Shown here: one piece after another, positions 18,339 through 25,757 of the stretch
How positions within the stretch are numbered: position 1 is the first letter of the stretch
How the letters are laid out: the number at the start of each line of letters is the position of its first letter
Origin: a virus
Taxonomy: Duplodnaviria; Heunggongvirae; Uroviricota; Caudoviricetes
Length of the DNA: 64,000 nt
Strand: one strand, 5' to 3'
Virus record (IMG/VR): IMGVR_UViG_3300044630_003672
Notes under the pieces: generated by a model
Database searches by the model: none
Told to the model about the DNA's origin: nothing
Seen by the model: the letters and a program-made list of their open reading frames with translations, nothing else
Program-made: the position numbers and the translations under genes

Positions 18339-18449
18339 CAAAATCTATAATAGTGGTATCTGATACTGACAGCTCTTTGGGAGTGATGGGTGTGAAAGCA
18401 GATTGAAAAGGGTACAACCCAACCCCATTATAATAGATTTAAAAAAAGA

Positions 18450-18483
18450 TTTGGTAGTTTGAAAAAACTTTCGTATCTTTAAC
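18450..18483 (+). promoter_or_regulatory. Bacteroidota-type promoter (tandem unit 1)
   Basis: 'GATTTGGTAGTTTGAAAAAACTTTCGTATCTTTA'. Confidence 0.6.
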
Positions 18484-18570
18484 AAAGTTAAGGTTGAAGC
18501 CAACAATAATAAAACCGATTGTGTGAGGGGCGCAAGCTCCTAATAAAGCCGGATACCTTAATAACTTTTA
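18484..18570 (+). ncRNA. candidate short promoter-driven transcript (sRNA 1)
   Basis: 87-nt segment between tandem promoters containing a GNRA hairpin 'GGGGCGCAAGCTCC'. No ORF. Confidence 0.3.
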
Positions 18571-18588
18571 AAAAAAGATTTGGTAGTT

Positions 18589-18612
18589 TGAAAAAATTAT
18601 CGTATCTTTATG
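18589..18612 (+). promoter_or_regulatory. Bacteroidota-type promoter (tandem unit 2)
   Basis: Near-identical copy: 'GATTTGGTAGTTTGAAAAAATTATCGTATCTTTA'. Confidence 0.6.
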
Positions 18613-18669
18613 AAGATTCAAAAATAAAGTAGTTGATTGGTTTGACCAGAAAACAAAATTGAGAATCTT
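18613..18669 (+). ncRNA. candidate short transcript (sRNA 2)
   Basis: Flanked by the inverted repeat AAGATTC...GAATCTT, with an internal TGGTTTGACCA hairpin. Confidence 0.3.
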
Positions 18670-18679
18670 TAAAAATAAA

Positions 18680-18713
18680 TTTGGTAGTTTGAAAAAGATT
18701 TCGTATCTTTATA
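18680..18713 (+). promoter_or_regulatory. Bacteroidota-type promoter (tandem unit 3)
   Basis: 'AAATTTGGTAGTTTGAAAAAGATTTCGTATCTTTA'. Confidence 0.6.
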
Positions 18714-18749
18714 AAGTTATCAAATAACAAAGTTCTTTACATTATTGAA

Positions 18750-19700
18750 ATAATTTACACATAATAACTTCGTGTTATATAGTGTACAAAATGGCCGCCT
18801 ATGGTCATTAAATAAACTACGAAAGTAGGATAAAGTGAAATGTTTGGTTAAGCATTTTGCGGTTCATATCCCTGTAAGGTTATGAGCTTGAGTAGGCAAG
18901 TGAGATATCATTTGGGCTTTGTATGTGAGGGTAACACTGTAGCAGAAGAGTTTGGGTGACTGAGCAATTGTAGATTGTTCAGTTGAGTTCGGAAGAACGA
19001 TAAGAATAACTCATAGGATTATTGTAAGAAATAGAAAGCTAATCCCTTTTTATTATTGCGTGATTCAATACCAAAGTGGTCTTGACAATCAAGCTATCCG
19101 AAAGGACGTAAGATAAGACTGTGTACGGGTGGTGCCGTTACTATCCTTTAATATGGGACACCAATCCCTATTAATGAAGATGACTTGAAGTATGGCGTTG
19201 AGATAACGCATCGGGTAGTATAGTATTCTGTTCTTCAAAAGGGGACAGAGCTAGTGGTGAACCGCTACCTGAATCCATCTACGAACCAAAACTTTTATCA
19301 AATGCGGATTTGATTATTCAATTATAAATAAAAGCAAAAGTGTTCATCAGTTGTGACCGAAAGGTGCATACATAGTTGGGAGTTGTTCCCAGCCACAAAC
19401 GCCCGCAAGGCGAATGTGATATCTACGAAAAGCTTATAGACCCGCAAGGTTTAATCAGTTCGGCAGGATTGAATAAGGGGAGTAATAGGTGAGTAAGTTA
19501 CAACTTTAAGAGTGGTTAATCTATAATAACCTGCATTGACTGGTACATCTCAAAAGGATGTGGAAACGAAAGGAAACAAAATAATCTTTCTAAAGCTAGT
19601 TATCCCAACGTATATTCTCAGCGTTTTTACTTTCTCAATGGTTGCATATTGGTTCGATTCCAATAGAGAGAGCTACTAACAACTGAAAAGTTGTTCGTTT
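18750..19700 (+). ncRNA. candidate large structured non-coding RNA (ORF-free, GC-enriched, about 0.9 kb)
   Basis: No ORF longer than about 60 aa on the + strand. Locally higher GC than the genome. Repeated GNRA-closed hairpins (CCGCAAGG twice), a T-arm-like 'ATTGGTTCGATTCCAAT' near the 3' end, and a strong terminator at 20013. Confidence 0.4.
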
Positions 19701-20012
19701 CATATCTTAATTTTTATTACAACTTGAAAAGGGGGGCATATCAATATGTTCCCCAATTTAAGCCTGATAAAACTAACAAAGATTCGGAAAATAAAATTAT
19801 TATATACTTATATAAACAAACAGTGATGAAAACTTTAACACTACATACAAATTGTTCGCAACCTACATTGAGAAATGAGTGGGCTGGGATTCGTATGTTT
19901 AGTACGTTAAGTAATCCGGCAAACTTAAATTTAGGCAAGGTGGATTATATTAGTACGAAGCAGTTAGAGGACACTGATGTTGGGTAATTACATAACTTAA
20001 CTTAAATAGAAA

Positions 20013-20049
20013 GACCTCTAACTGAATAAAATCGGTTAGAGGTTTTTTC
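20013..20049 (+). terminator. Rho-independent terminator
   Basis: ACCTCTAAC-N12-GTTAGAGGT stem followed by TTTTTT. Confidence 0.75.
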
Positions 20050-20056
20050 GTTTTAA

Positions 20057-20128
20057 GCTCCTTTGGCGCAGCGGTAGCGCAGCAGACTGTTAATCTGTTG
20101 GTCCTTGGTTCGAATCCAAGAGGGAGCG
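20057..20128 (+). tRNA. tRNA-Asn(GTT)
   Basis: Acceptor GCTCCTT/AGGGAGC, anticodon loop CTGTTAA, T-arm CTTGG-TTCGAAT-CCAAG. Confidence 0.8.
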
Positions 20129-20161
20129 CAAGATTAAGTTCTTTGACATATTGGATAAGTA

Positions 20162-20236
20162 GGAAGTTTAGCTCAGTTGGTTTAGAGCATCACGTTTACA
20201 CCGTGAGGGTCATAGGTTCGAATCCTGTAACTTCCA
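20162..20236 (+). tRNA. tRNA-Val(TAC)
   Basis: Acceptor GGAAGTT/AACTTCC, anticodon loop TTTACAC. Confidence 0.85.
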
Positions 20237-20341
20237 CAACATGTTCCATACACATTCCTACAATCTCTCAGTTGAAAGCTGTTGTAGGATTGAGTGAGTA
20301 GCACGATAGGGCTATCAAATGTGAGTTATATGGAACGCCAT

Positions 20342-20423
20342 TGGGGTATCGCATAGTGGCAATTGCGGCTGACTGTAAATCAGCTCTCATTTGAGTTCGG
20401 CGGTTCGAGTCCGTCTACCCCAA
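20342..20423 (+). tRNA. tRNA-Tyr(GTA), long variable arm
   Basis: Acceptor TGGGGTA/TACCCCA, anticodon stem GCTGA/TCAGC, loop CTGTAAA. Confidence 0.75.
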
Positions 20424-20427
20424 CACC

Positions 20428-20500
20428 GGTGATGAAGCTAACTAGGTAGAAGCGAAAGACTGAAAATCTTTAGGAAGTGGTTCGATACCACTCATTACCA
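20428..20500 (+). tRNA. tRNA-Phe(GAA)
   Basis: Acceptor GGTGATG/CATTACC, anticodon stem AAAGA/TCTTT, loop CTGAAAA, T-arm AGTGG-TTCGATA-CCACT. Position 8 is atypical. Confidence 0.55.
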
Positions 20501-20522
20501 CTTAACAATTAAAAAAACAATT

Positions 20523-20732
20523 ATGGCAGATTTTAATCATGGAGTTGGTACATTAATAAAAGAGTTGGTGACACCAAAAGGAAAAATTGAAATGGGTAGT
20601 AAAGGAATAGTAACTGCGTATCTACCAGAAGATGGTAAGTTCGCAGTAGATTTTGGAAATGGACAATGGATAACATTTGATAAAATATCATTGGACGAAT
20701 ATTGTAAAATAGAATTAGAAGATAACAATTAA
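20523..20732 (+). CDS. hypothetical protein
   Basis: 69-aa ORF between tRNAs. Confidence 0.4.
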   Translation: MADFNHGVGTLIKELVTPKGKIEMGSKGIVTAYLPEDGKFAVDFGNGQWITFDKISLDEYCKIELEDNN

Positions 20733-20772
20733 AAACAAATACTATGGAAAGTGACAAGTATGACAAAAGTCA

Positions 20773-20846
20773 GACCTCTTAGCTCAGTTGGTTAGAGCAC
20801 TATACTTTTAATATAGGAGTCAATGGTTCGAATCCATTAGGGGTCA
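20773..20846 (+). tRNA. tRNA-Lys(TTT)
   Basis: Acceptor GACCTCT/AGGGGTC, anticodon loop CTTTTAA. Confidence 0.85.
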
Positions 20847-20921
20847 CAAAAAGTTCCGAACTTAATATTGAGTTAAAATAATGATGTACACATTATACGA
20901 TAGGATGGAAACTTATCACAT

Positions 20922-20995
20922 TGGGAATTAGCGTAGTCAGGTATCGCGCTAGCTTTGGGAGCTAGAGGCCGTAGGTTCGAATCCTGCATTCCCAA
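20922..20995 (+). tRNA. tRNA-Pro(TGG)
   Basis: Anticodon stem CTAGC/GCTAG, loop TTTGGGA, T-arm GTAGG-TTCGAAT-CCTGC. Confidence 0.75.
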
Positions 20996-21043
20996 CCGAT
21001 ATGGTTCGCACTACACAGCATTGGGAAATAGGAAGTGCAAAAT

Positions 21044-21117
21044 TGGAATATAGCTCAATTGGTTAGAGCATCCGTCTGATACGCGGAAGGTTAAAAGTTC
21101 GATTCTTTTTATTCCAA
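21044..21117 (+). tRNA. tRNA-Ile(GAT)
   Basis: Acceptor TGGAATA/TATTCCA, anticodon loop CTGATAC. Confidence 0.85.
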
Positions 21118-21123
21118 CAATAT

Positions 21124-21194
21124 ATCGGTGTAGTGTAATGGTAGCATACCAGTCTCCAAAACTGTTTGTGAGGGTTCGAGTCCTTCCACCGGTG
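21124..21194 (+). tRNA. tRNA-Trp(CCA)
   Basis: Anticodon loop CTCCAAA, T-loop TTCGAGT, acceptor ATCGGTG/CACCGGT. Confidence 0.7.
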
Positions 21195-21198
21195 CTAT

Positions 21199-21271
21199 GG
21201 CTCTTTGGTGTAATGGATTAGCACACGAAGCTACGGACTTCGGAGTATGGGTTCGAATCCTTTAGGGGCTA
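21199..21271 (+). tRNA. tRNA-Arg(ACG)
   Basis: Anticodon stem CGAAG/CTTCG, loop CTACGGA. The acceptor has several G-U pairs. Confidence 0.7.
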
Positions 21272-21277
21272 CAAAAT

Positions 21278-21348
21278 GGCGAGTTGTTAGAGTGGTTATA
21301 TGGAGCTCTGCAAAAGCTTTTACACAAGTTCGAATCTTGTACTCGCCT
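21278..21348 (+). tRNA. tRNA-Cys(GCA)
   Basis: Acceptor GGCGAGT/ACTCGCC, anticodon loop CTGCAAA, T-arm ACAAG-TTCGAAT-CTTGT. Confidence 0.7.
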
Positions 21349-21356
21349 CTTGATAT

Positions 21357-21428
21357 TGTGGGGAGATTAGGTAATCCGTTTGGTCTCATAAGCCAGATAT
21401 TCAGGTTCGATTCCTGGCCCCGCAACCA
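21357..21428 (+). tRNA. tRNA with CAT anticodon (elongator Met or Ile2-lysidine); encoded CCA; compact D-arm
   Basis: Acceptor TGTGGGG/CCCCGCA plus ACCA, anticodon loop CTCATAA, T-loop TTCGATT. The D region is short, so the fold is uncertain. Confidence 0.5.
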
Positions 21429-21431
21429 AAT

Positions 21432-21506
21432 GGTGTTTGAAGCATTAAGGTGATGCGCTAGTTTGTGGAGCTAGATAAGACGGTTCGATACCGTCCTTAC
21501 ACCCCA
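21432..21506 (+). tRNA. tRNA-His(GTG) with G-1
   Basis: Extra 5' G opposite discriminator C73. D-stem GCAT/ATGC, anticodon loop TTGTGGA, T-arm GACGG-TTCGATA-CCGTC, encoded CCA. Confidence 0.7.
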
Positions 21507-21508
21507 AC

Positions 21509-21597
21509 GGAGAATTGCCCGAGTGGACGATGGGGCCGGTTTGCTAAACCGTTGTACGATGAAAGTTGTACCGTTGGTTCGAATCCAACATTCTCCG
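21509..21597 (+). tRNA. tRNA-Ser(GCT), long variable arm
   Basis: Acceptor GGAGAAT/ATTCTCC, anticodon loop TTGCTAA, T-arm GTTGG-TTCGAAT-CCAAC. Confidence 0.8.
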
Positions 21598-21760
21598 CAT
21601 TAAATTGGACATTATGAAAAATGATAAGTTTGAAATTAATAGACGAAGTAATAAGTTATACCGAATAAGAAAAATAATAAGAGAAAACGGAGCTTGTATG
21701 ATATGTATAAGACGTTTGAAAGGTGGTATAAAAAAATATAAAACCTATTGTTAAAATAGA

Positions 21761-21794
21761 TTTGGTTATATCAGATATTATTCGTATATTTGTA
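21761..21794 (+). promoter_or_regulatory. Bacteroidota-type promoter driving the tRNA-Glu/Thr block
   Basis: 'GATTTGGTTATATCAGATATTATTCGTATATTTGTAT', 17 nt upstream of the tRNA. Confidence 0.65.
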
Positions 21795-21810
21795 TAACAT
21801 TAACATTAAC

Positions 21811-21882
21811 GCTCTGTTCGACTAAGGGTTAGGTCACATCCCTTTCACGGATGTAATACGGGTTCGAATCCCGTACAGAGTA
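21811..21882 (+). tRNA. tRNA-Glu(TTC)
   Basis: Acceptor GCTCTGT/ACAGAGT, anticodon stem CATCC/GGATG, loop CTTTCAC. Confidence 0.85.
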
Positions 21883-21982
21883 CAAAGGTTGATTGGGATA
21901 AGCATATTAGTATGCATAAATCGGTTAGAAATGCCAATCATAAAAGTAGATGTCCACGCACCCATCTTCTACTTTCCTAAAC

Positions 21983-22055
21983 GCCCGAGTAGCTCAGCAG
22001 GTAGAGCAACTGATTTGTAATCAGTAGGTCGCAAGTTCGATTCTTGTCTTGGGCT
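21983..22055 (+). tRNA. tRNA-Thr(TGT)
   Basis: Acceptor GCCCGAG/CTTGGGC, anticodon stem ACTGA/TCAGT, loop TTTGTAA. Confidence 0.85.
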
Positions 22056-22092
22056 CACATTATCGTTCTTTGACATATAGGAGAAATAAATT

Positions 22093-22350
22093 ATGGAAAT
22101 ATTATCATTCGTTTTAGGAATGTCTGTAGTGGTGGTTATCGCAGTGTCGATAGTTGCTGTTATTGGGCTTGTTAAGGCAAGAAAAATAGAAAAAGAATTA
22201 GAAAGCATCGGCGAAGATTTGTATCGTCAAGTTGATAGAAATCAAACTGACTTTAATCGTAGAGCAGATGAATTAGAAAATCACATCTTTTCTCAATTAG
22301 ATTCGAGATTGGATAAATTAGAACAAAAATTAACTAACAATAAAAAATAA
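22093..22350 (+). CDS. small membrane-anchored coiled-coil protein
   Basis: N-terminal TM (VVVVIAVSIVAVIGLV) followed by a charged coiled coil. Confidence 0.45.
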   Translation: MEILSFVLGMSVVVVIAVSIVAVIGLVKARKIEKELESIGEDLYRQVDRNQTDFNRRADELENHIFSQLDSRLDKLEQKLTNNKK

Positions 22351-22369
22351 AAATTAGTTAAAGAACGAT

Positions 22370-22440
22370 AATGTAATTTGGAGAGTTAGTTAATCGGTAT
22401 AATGTTGCCTTGTCACGGCAATGTGACGGGTTCGATTCCC
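22370..22440 (+). tRNA. tRNA-Asp(GTC)
   Basis: Acceptor GGAGAGT/ACTTTCC, anticodon stem TTGCC/GGCAA, loop TTGTCAC. Confidence 0.8.
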
Positions 22441-22442
22441 GT

Positions 22443-22544
22443 ACTTTCCGCAAGTAGTAAGAGCAGACGAAAGTTTAGTTTATGGTCAGTGCGCATATTC
22501 CATAGACGGCCGGTAGAAACATTGAGATATTAGACGTAGTATCT
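22443..22544 (+). ncRNA. structured inter-tRNA spacer (possible small RNA or processing element)
   Basis: 9-bp closing helix TAGTAAGAG...CTCTTACTA plus an inner hairpin GAGATA-N10-TATCTC. Confidence 0.3.
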
Positions 22545-22546
22545 CT

Positions 22547-22620
22547 CTTACTATATGGTTCGGTAGCTCAGCTGGATAGAGCACAAACCTTCTAAGTTTG
22601 GGGTCAAAGGTTCGAATCCT
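22547..22620 (+). tRNA. tRNA-Arg(TCT)
   Basis: Acceptor GGTTCGG/CCGAATC, anticodon stem CAAAC/GTTTG, loop CTTCTAA. Confidence 0.85.
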
Positions 22621-22648
22621 TTCCGAATCACTAAATAAAAAATAAGTT

Positions 22649-23098
22649 ATGAGAAAAGTTATTCTTTTATTCTTAACTGTTATTATGTTTATTCCACATA
22701 ATATGATTGACTCCGAAATGAGTGAGGAAGAAGTTGCGGATATAATGATAGAAAAGAAACACATACCTTATGATGTAGTTACGGTTACAACATATACGGT
22801 ATCCGCCGGCCAAACCGATTCAACTCCCTTAATTACCGCAAGTGGTTATAAGTTGGATAGTCTTAATCCAAAGAAACAAAAGGTAATAGCGATTAGTAGA
22901 GACCTGAAACGAAAGTATAAGTTTGGACAAAAAGTAAGAGTGAAGGGTGCTGGAAAATTAGATGGTGTTTATACTGTCAGAGATTTGATGGCAAAGAGGT
23001 GGAGAAAAAAAATTGATATATTAATTAATCCTGATGAGAGTGGAACTAAAATCAGAAGGGTTAAAATATATAATATAAAAAAGGATTTGGATAATTAA
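22649..23098 (+). CDS. 3D-domain protein (MltA/YuiC-like cell-wall-binding or lytic domain) with an N-terminal signal/TM
   Basis: 'TVTTYTVSAGQTDSTPLITASGYKL...VIAISRDL...GQKVRV...GVYTVRDLMAKRWRKKIDIL' matches the 3D-domain consensus. Confidence 0.65.
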   Translation: MRKVILLFLTVIMFIPHNMIDSEMSEEEVADIMIEKKHIPYDVVTVTTYTVSAGQTDSTPLITASGYKLDSLNPKKQKVIAISRDLKRKYKFGQKVRVKGAGKLDGVYTVRDLMAKRWRKKIDILINPDESGTKIRRVKIYNIKKDLDN

Positions 23099-23119
23099 AT
23101 TATTATTCGTATCTTTGTA
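23086..23119 (+). promoter_or_regulatory. Bacteroidota-type promoter driving the tRNA-Leu/Ala/Met/Gly block
   Basis: 'GATTTGGATAATTAAATTATTATTCGTATCTTTGTAT'. Confidence 0.6.
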
Positions 23120-23142
23120 TAGTTATTAAAAATAGTATCGCC

Positions 23143-23228
23143 GCCGGGGTGATGGAATGGTAGACATGAAAGACTTAAAATCTTTTGAGCAGAAATCGCT
23201 CGTGTGGGTTCGAATCCCATCCCCGGTA
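23143..23228 (+). tRNA. tRNA-Leu(TAA), long variable arm
   Basis: Acceptor GCCGGGG/CCCCGGT, D-loop GAATGGTAGA, anticodon stem AAAGA/TCTTT, loop CTTAAAA. Confidence 0.8.
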
Positions 23229-23239
23229 CGTTCACTTAT

Positions 23240-23313
23240 GGGGAAGTAGCTCAGTTGGCTAGAGCACCTGCCTTGCACGCAGGGGGTCATGGGTTCGAAT
23301 CCCTTCTTCTCCA
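23240..23313 (+). tRNA. tRNA-Ala(TGC)
   Basis: Acceptor GGGGAAG/CTTCTCC, anticodon stem CCTGC/GCAGG, loop CTTGCAC. Confidence 0.8.
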
Positions 23314-23317
23314 CATC

Positions 23318-23391
23318 GGACCTATAGCTCATTCGGTTAGAGCAAATGACTCATAATCATTAGGTGCTTGGTTCGATTCCAAGTGGGTCCA
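23318..23391 (+). tRNA. tRNA-Met(CAT), third CAT species
   Basis: Acceptor GGACCTA/TGGGTCC, anticodon stem AATGA/TCATT, loop CTCATAA. Confidence 0.8.
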
Positions 23392-23448
23392 CAATAGGTG
23401 TCTAAAGCATTAAAGACTTAATGATGGTAATAGCCTCACCTATTAATT

Positions 23449-23524
23449 GCGGAAGTAGCTCATTTGGTAGAGCATGACCTTGCCAAGGTCAGGGTGGCCA
23501 GTTCGAGCCTGGTCTTCCGCTCCA
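23449..23524 (+). tRNA. tRNA-Gly(GCC), encoded CCA
   Basis: Acceptor GCGGAAG/CTTCCGC, anticodon loop TTGCCAA, T-loop TTCGAGC. Confidence 0.8.
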
Positions 23525-23579
23525 AAGCAGATAAAACGTGTAGTAACTGCAGGAATGATATCTTCCACTACACTCTTTA

Positions 23580-23652
23580 GCGAGAGTAGCTCATTTGGTA
23601 GAGCGGTAGCCTTCCAAGCTTCAGGTGGCCAGTTCGAGCCTGGTCTCTCGCT
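23580..23652 (+). tRNA. tRNA-Gly(TCC)
   Basis: Acceptor GCGAGAG/CTCTCGC, anticodon loop CTTCCAA; paralogous to the GCC copy. Confidence 0.75.
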
Positions 23653-23788
23653 CAAGTGGGCCTGTTAGTATTAGGCCGCAAGAAGAATAGATGTTTTTCA
23701 ATTACTAAAACTCAAGTACCCATACCGCTAGCGATGGGCTAAGTAAGATACAATTTCGCACTGCGGGAAGTAGAATGCTTGAGATTAT

Positions 23789-23860
23789 TGCCCGATGATG
23801 TAATGGTTAGCATCACAGATTTTGATTCTGTTCGTATTGGTTCGAGTCCAGTTCGGGTAA
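23789..23860 (+). tRNA. tRNA-Gln(TTG)
   Basis: Acceptor TGCCCGA/TCGGGTA, anticodon stem ACAGA/TCTGT, loop TTTTGAT. Confidence 0.75.
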
Positions 23861-23879
23861 CTCATTAAAAACAAATGTT

Positions 23880-24143
23880 ATGTTTATTACTTATTATGTA
23901 ATGTGTTTCATCTATTGTGTTATAATGTCAATACGAAAATGGAATAGAGATGTAATGGCTGGTGGATTAGGTATTTCACCTGGATTAGATTCTATGGCTC
24001 TATTGATTATGTGTTGGATATTAGCGCCAGTAGATATATTCTTAACTTGGGTTAGAATATATAAAGAAGCAGAAGAAGCTAGAAGAAAGCATGCCGATAC
24101 CGAAAATAGTTTAGACGGTAAAAGCGAAGAAAAAGTATTCTAA
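23880..24143 (+). CDS. small membrane protein
   Basis: Two TM segments. 87-aa ORF between tRNAs. Confidence 0.4.
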   Translation: MFITYYVMCFIYCVIMSIRKWNRDVMAGGLGISPGLDSMALLIMCWILAPVDIFLTWVRIYKEAEEARRKHADTENSLDGKSEEKVF

Positions 24144-24160
24144 TTATTAGAGTACTTAAC

Positions 24161-24245
24161 GGAGAAATGGCAGAGTGGTTGAATGCACCGGTCTTGAAAA
24201 CCGGCAACTGTAACAGGTTCTGGGGTTCGAATCCCTGTTTCTCCG
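24161..24245 (+). tRNA. tRNA-Ser(TGA), long variable arm
   Basis: Acceptor GGAGAAA/TTTCTCC, anticodon stem CCGGT/ACCGG, loop CTTGAAA. Confidence 0.8.
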
Positions 24246-24436
24246 CAAAAATTGTTAGATGGTGAAATTGGTTATCTATGTTATAACCTGGCAAACACAC
24301 CCACTCGTCTCGTGGGCGAGGATAAAGAAATAGAAAAGTAATATGGGGTTGACCACCAGCTTGCAAGCACTAAATGTTACTTTTTGAATCTCCTCCTGTA
24401 TGGTTCGAATCCTACTCTAACAGCATACTTATTGTT

Positions 24437-24985
24437 ATGAACGTTATATTATTTGTTGCATTAGAAAATGAGTTTCCAAAGGAAAAAGCACCGGAAGGTG
24501 TTAAAGTTGTTTATACTGGTGTTGGAAAAGTAAATGCGGCTATAAAAGCAACTGAAACTCTTAAAGATTTAGACCCCAAAGATGTAGTAGTTATAAACTA
24601 CGGAAGTGCGGGTGGGCATGCCGTTATGGTTGGTAGTTTATTTAAGTGTAAAACATTTGTCCAAAACGATATGGACGCTAGACCATTTGCAGATAAAACA
24701 AAAACACCATTTGATAATGAAATATTGATGGGTAATATTGATTTCAATGGATTGGGATATAATATATGTTATACACAAGACCATTTTCAAACCACACCAT
24801 CTGTAATATGTGATATGGAAGCATACTCAATTGCAAAGGTATGTAAGATTTATGGATTTGATTTTACTGCATACAAATATGTAAGTGATAGCGGTAATCC
24901 GGATGATTGGGAAGCTAATCACAACAAAGGAATTGAATTATTTTTAAAATCATTACAAAAATATGCCCTGATGGTGGAACGGTAG
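24437..24985 (+). CDS. mtnN: 5'-methylthioadenosine/S-adenosylhomocysteine nucleosidase (MtnN/Pfs family)
   Basis: PNP_UDP_1 fold: 'VVYTGVGKVNAA', 'INYGSAGG', 'DMEAYSIAKVCKIYGFDFTAYKYVSDSGN'. Start set to 'MNVILFVALENEF', because the longer ORF overlaps a tRNA-like remnant. Confidence 0.8.
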   Translation: MNVILFVALENEFPKEKAPEGVKVVYTGVGKVNAAIKATETLKDLDPKDVVVINYGSAGGHAVMVGSLFKCKTFVQNDMDARPFADKTKTPFDNEILMGNIDFNGLGYNICYTQDHFQTTPSVICDMEAYSIAKVCKIYGFDFTAYKYVSDSGNPDDWEANHNKGIELFLKSLQKYALMVER

Positions 24986-25045
24986 ACACATCAGTTTTAG
25001 GAACTGATATCGAGAGGTGTGAGAGTTCGAATCTCTCTTGGGGCA
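24965..25045 (+). tRNA. tRNA-Leu(TAG), long variable arm
   Basis: Acceptor GCCCTGA/TTGGGGC, D-loop GAACGGTAGA, anticodon stem TCAGT/ACTGA, loop TTTAGGA. Overlaps the last codons of mtnN. Confidence 0.75.
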
Positions 25046-25061
25046 CAAACAACTTAATAAT

Positions 25062-25757
25062 ATGATAGTATTTTTTAAAGATTATAAACGAACTGATAGA
25101 ACTTATTTATCGGTTCAATCGGTGAGACATCTTTTTCCTAATATTGATATAAGATGTCTTTTTTTATATGATAATGATATAAGCGAATACATTCAATACA
25201 TACCAAAGTTTTTAGAATTAGGAGTATCAATTTATTTTGATAAGAAGAAATGGAATTTTGGAAATACATCTGCAGCAGGTTCTACATTAAATGGATTTTA
25301 CTTTACTGAAGGTATAAATAAAATACAGGCTCTAACTAGAGAATATGATAAAGTTCTAATATTAGATGAAGATTCATTTTTTACAAGCGGTGAAACAATT
25401 AGATTTCTTTTAGATAATACATTTGATTTAGCATGTGGAGATTGGCCCGCACCACCGTGGCCTCCAATTGCATATGCAACTAGACCATCGTATGAAGTTA
25501 ATGCTTGTACACTTGCAATAAATCCTAAAAAATTAAATCATCTATTTCCAATTCTCGAAAGAAATGAATCTATTGAAATATTATTAGGACATGAATTATA
25601 TGATAAAACAAAACAAATAGAAAATTCAATTATATTAGAACTTCCTACTAGAAAATATACGGATTATTGTGGGGATGGATTACATACAAATAATGTAATA
25701 GAAATTGAAGCAGAATTAAACAGAGTAAATATACCTTTTAAACGAATATATGAGTAA
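25062..25757 (+). CDS. hypothetical protein, possibly a nucleotide-sugar transferase
   Basis: 'VLILDEDSFF' is a DxD-like motif. First gene of an operon of seven consecutive CDSs with overlapping junctions. Confidence 0.45.
   Translation: MIVFFKDYKRTDRTYLSVQSVRHLFPNIDIRCLFLYDNDISEYIQYIPKFLELGVSIYFDKKKWNFGNTSAAGSTLNGFYFTEGINKIQALTREYDKVLILDEDSFFTSGETIRFLLDNTFDLACGDWPAPPWPPIAYATRPSYEVNACTLAINPKKLNHLFPILERNESIEILLGHELYDKTKQIENSIILELPTRKYTDYCGDGLHTNNVIEIEAELNRVNIPFKRIYE

Noticed and set aside
18750-19700. tmRNA hypothesis for the structured region
   Set aside because: A T-arm-like element exists near the 3' end, but I could not find a tag-peptide reading frame ending in ...ALAA-stop or a 5' strand pairing with a CCA-proximal acceptor. 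It is kept as a generic structured-RNA candidate.
19691-19987. 98-aa ORF inside the putative ncRNA region
   Set aside because: Low-complexity translation, no promoter-ATG context. It overlaps the hairpin-rich region and runs into the terminator approach. Probably non-coding.
20098-21453. ORF-track entries over the tRNA array (20098-20301, 21247-21453, 21231-21425 minus strand, 21969-22208 minus strand, 23126-23332 minus strand, 23443-23655 minus strand, 23474-23668)
   Set aside because: They coincide with well-folded tRNA genes and translate to low-complexity sequence. They are artefacts of tRNA sequence.
24330-24425. tRNA-like T-arm (TATGG-TTCGAAT-CCTAC) upstream of mtnN
   Set aside because: No acceptor or anticodon arm can be paired on either strand, and the T-stem needs a bulge. 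Probably a degenerate tRNA remnant rather than a functional gene. It is the reason the mtnN start was moved to 24437.
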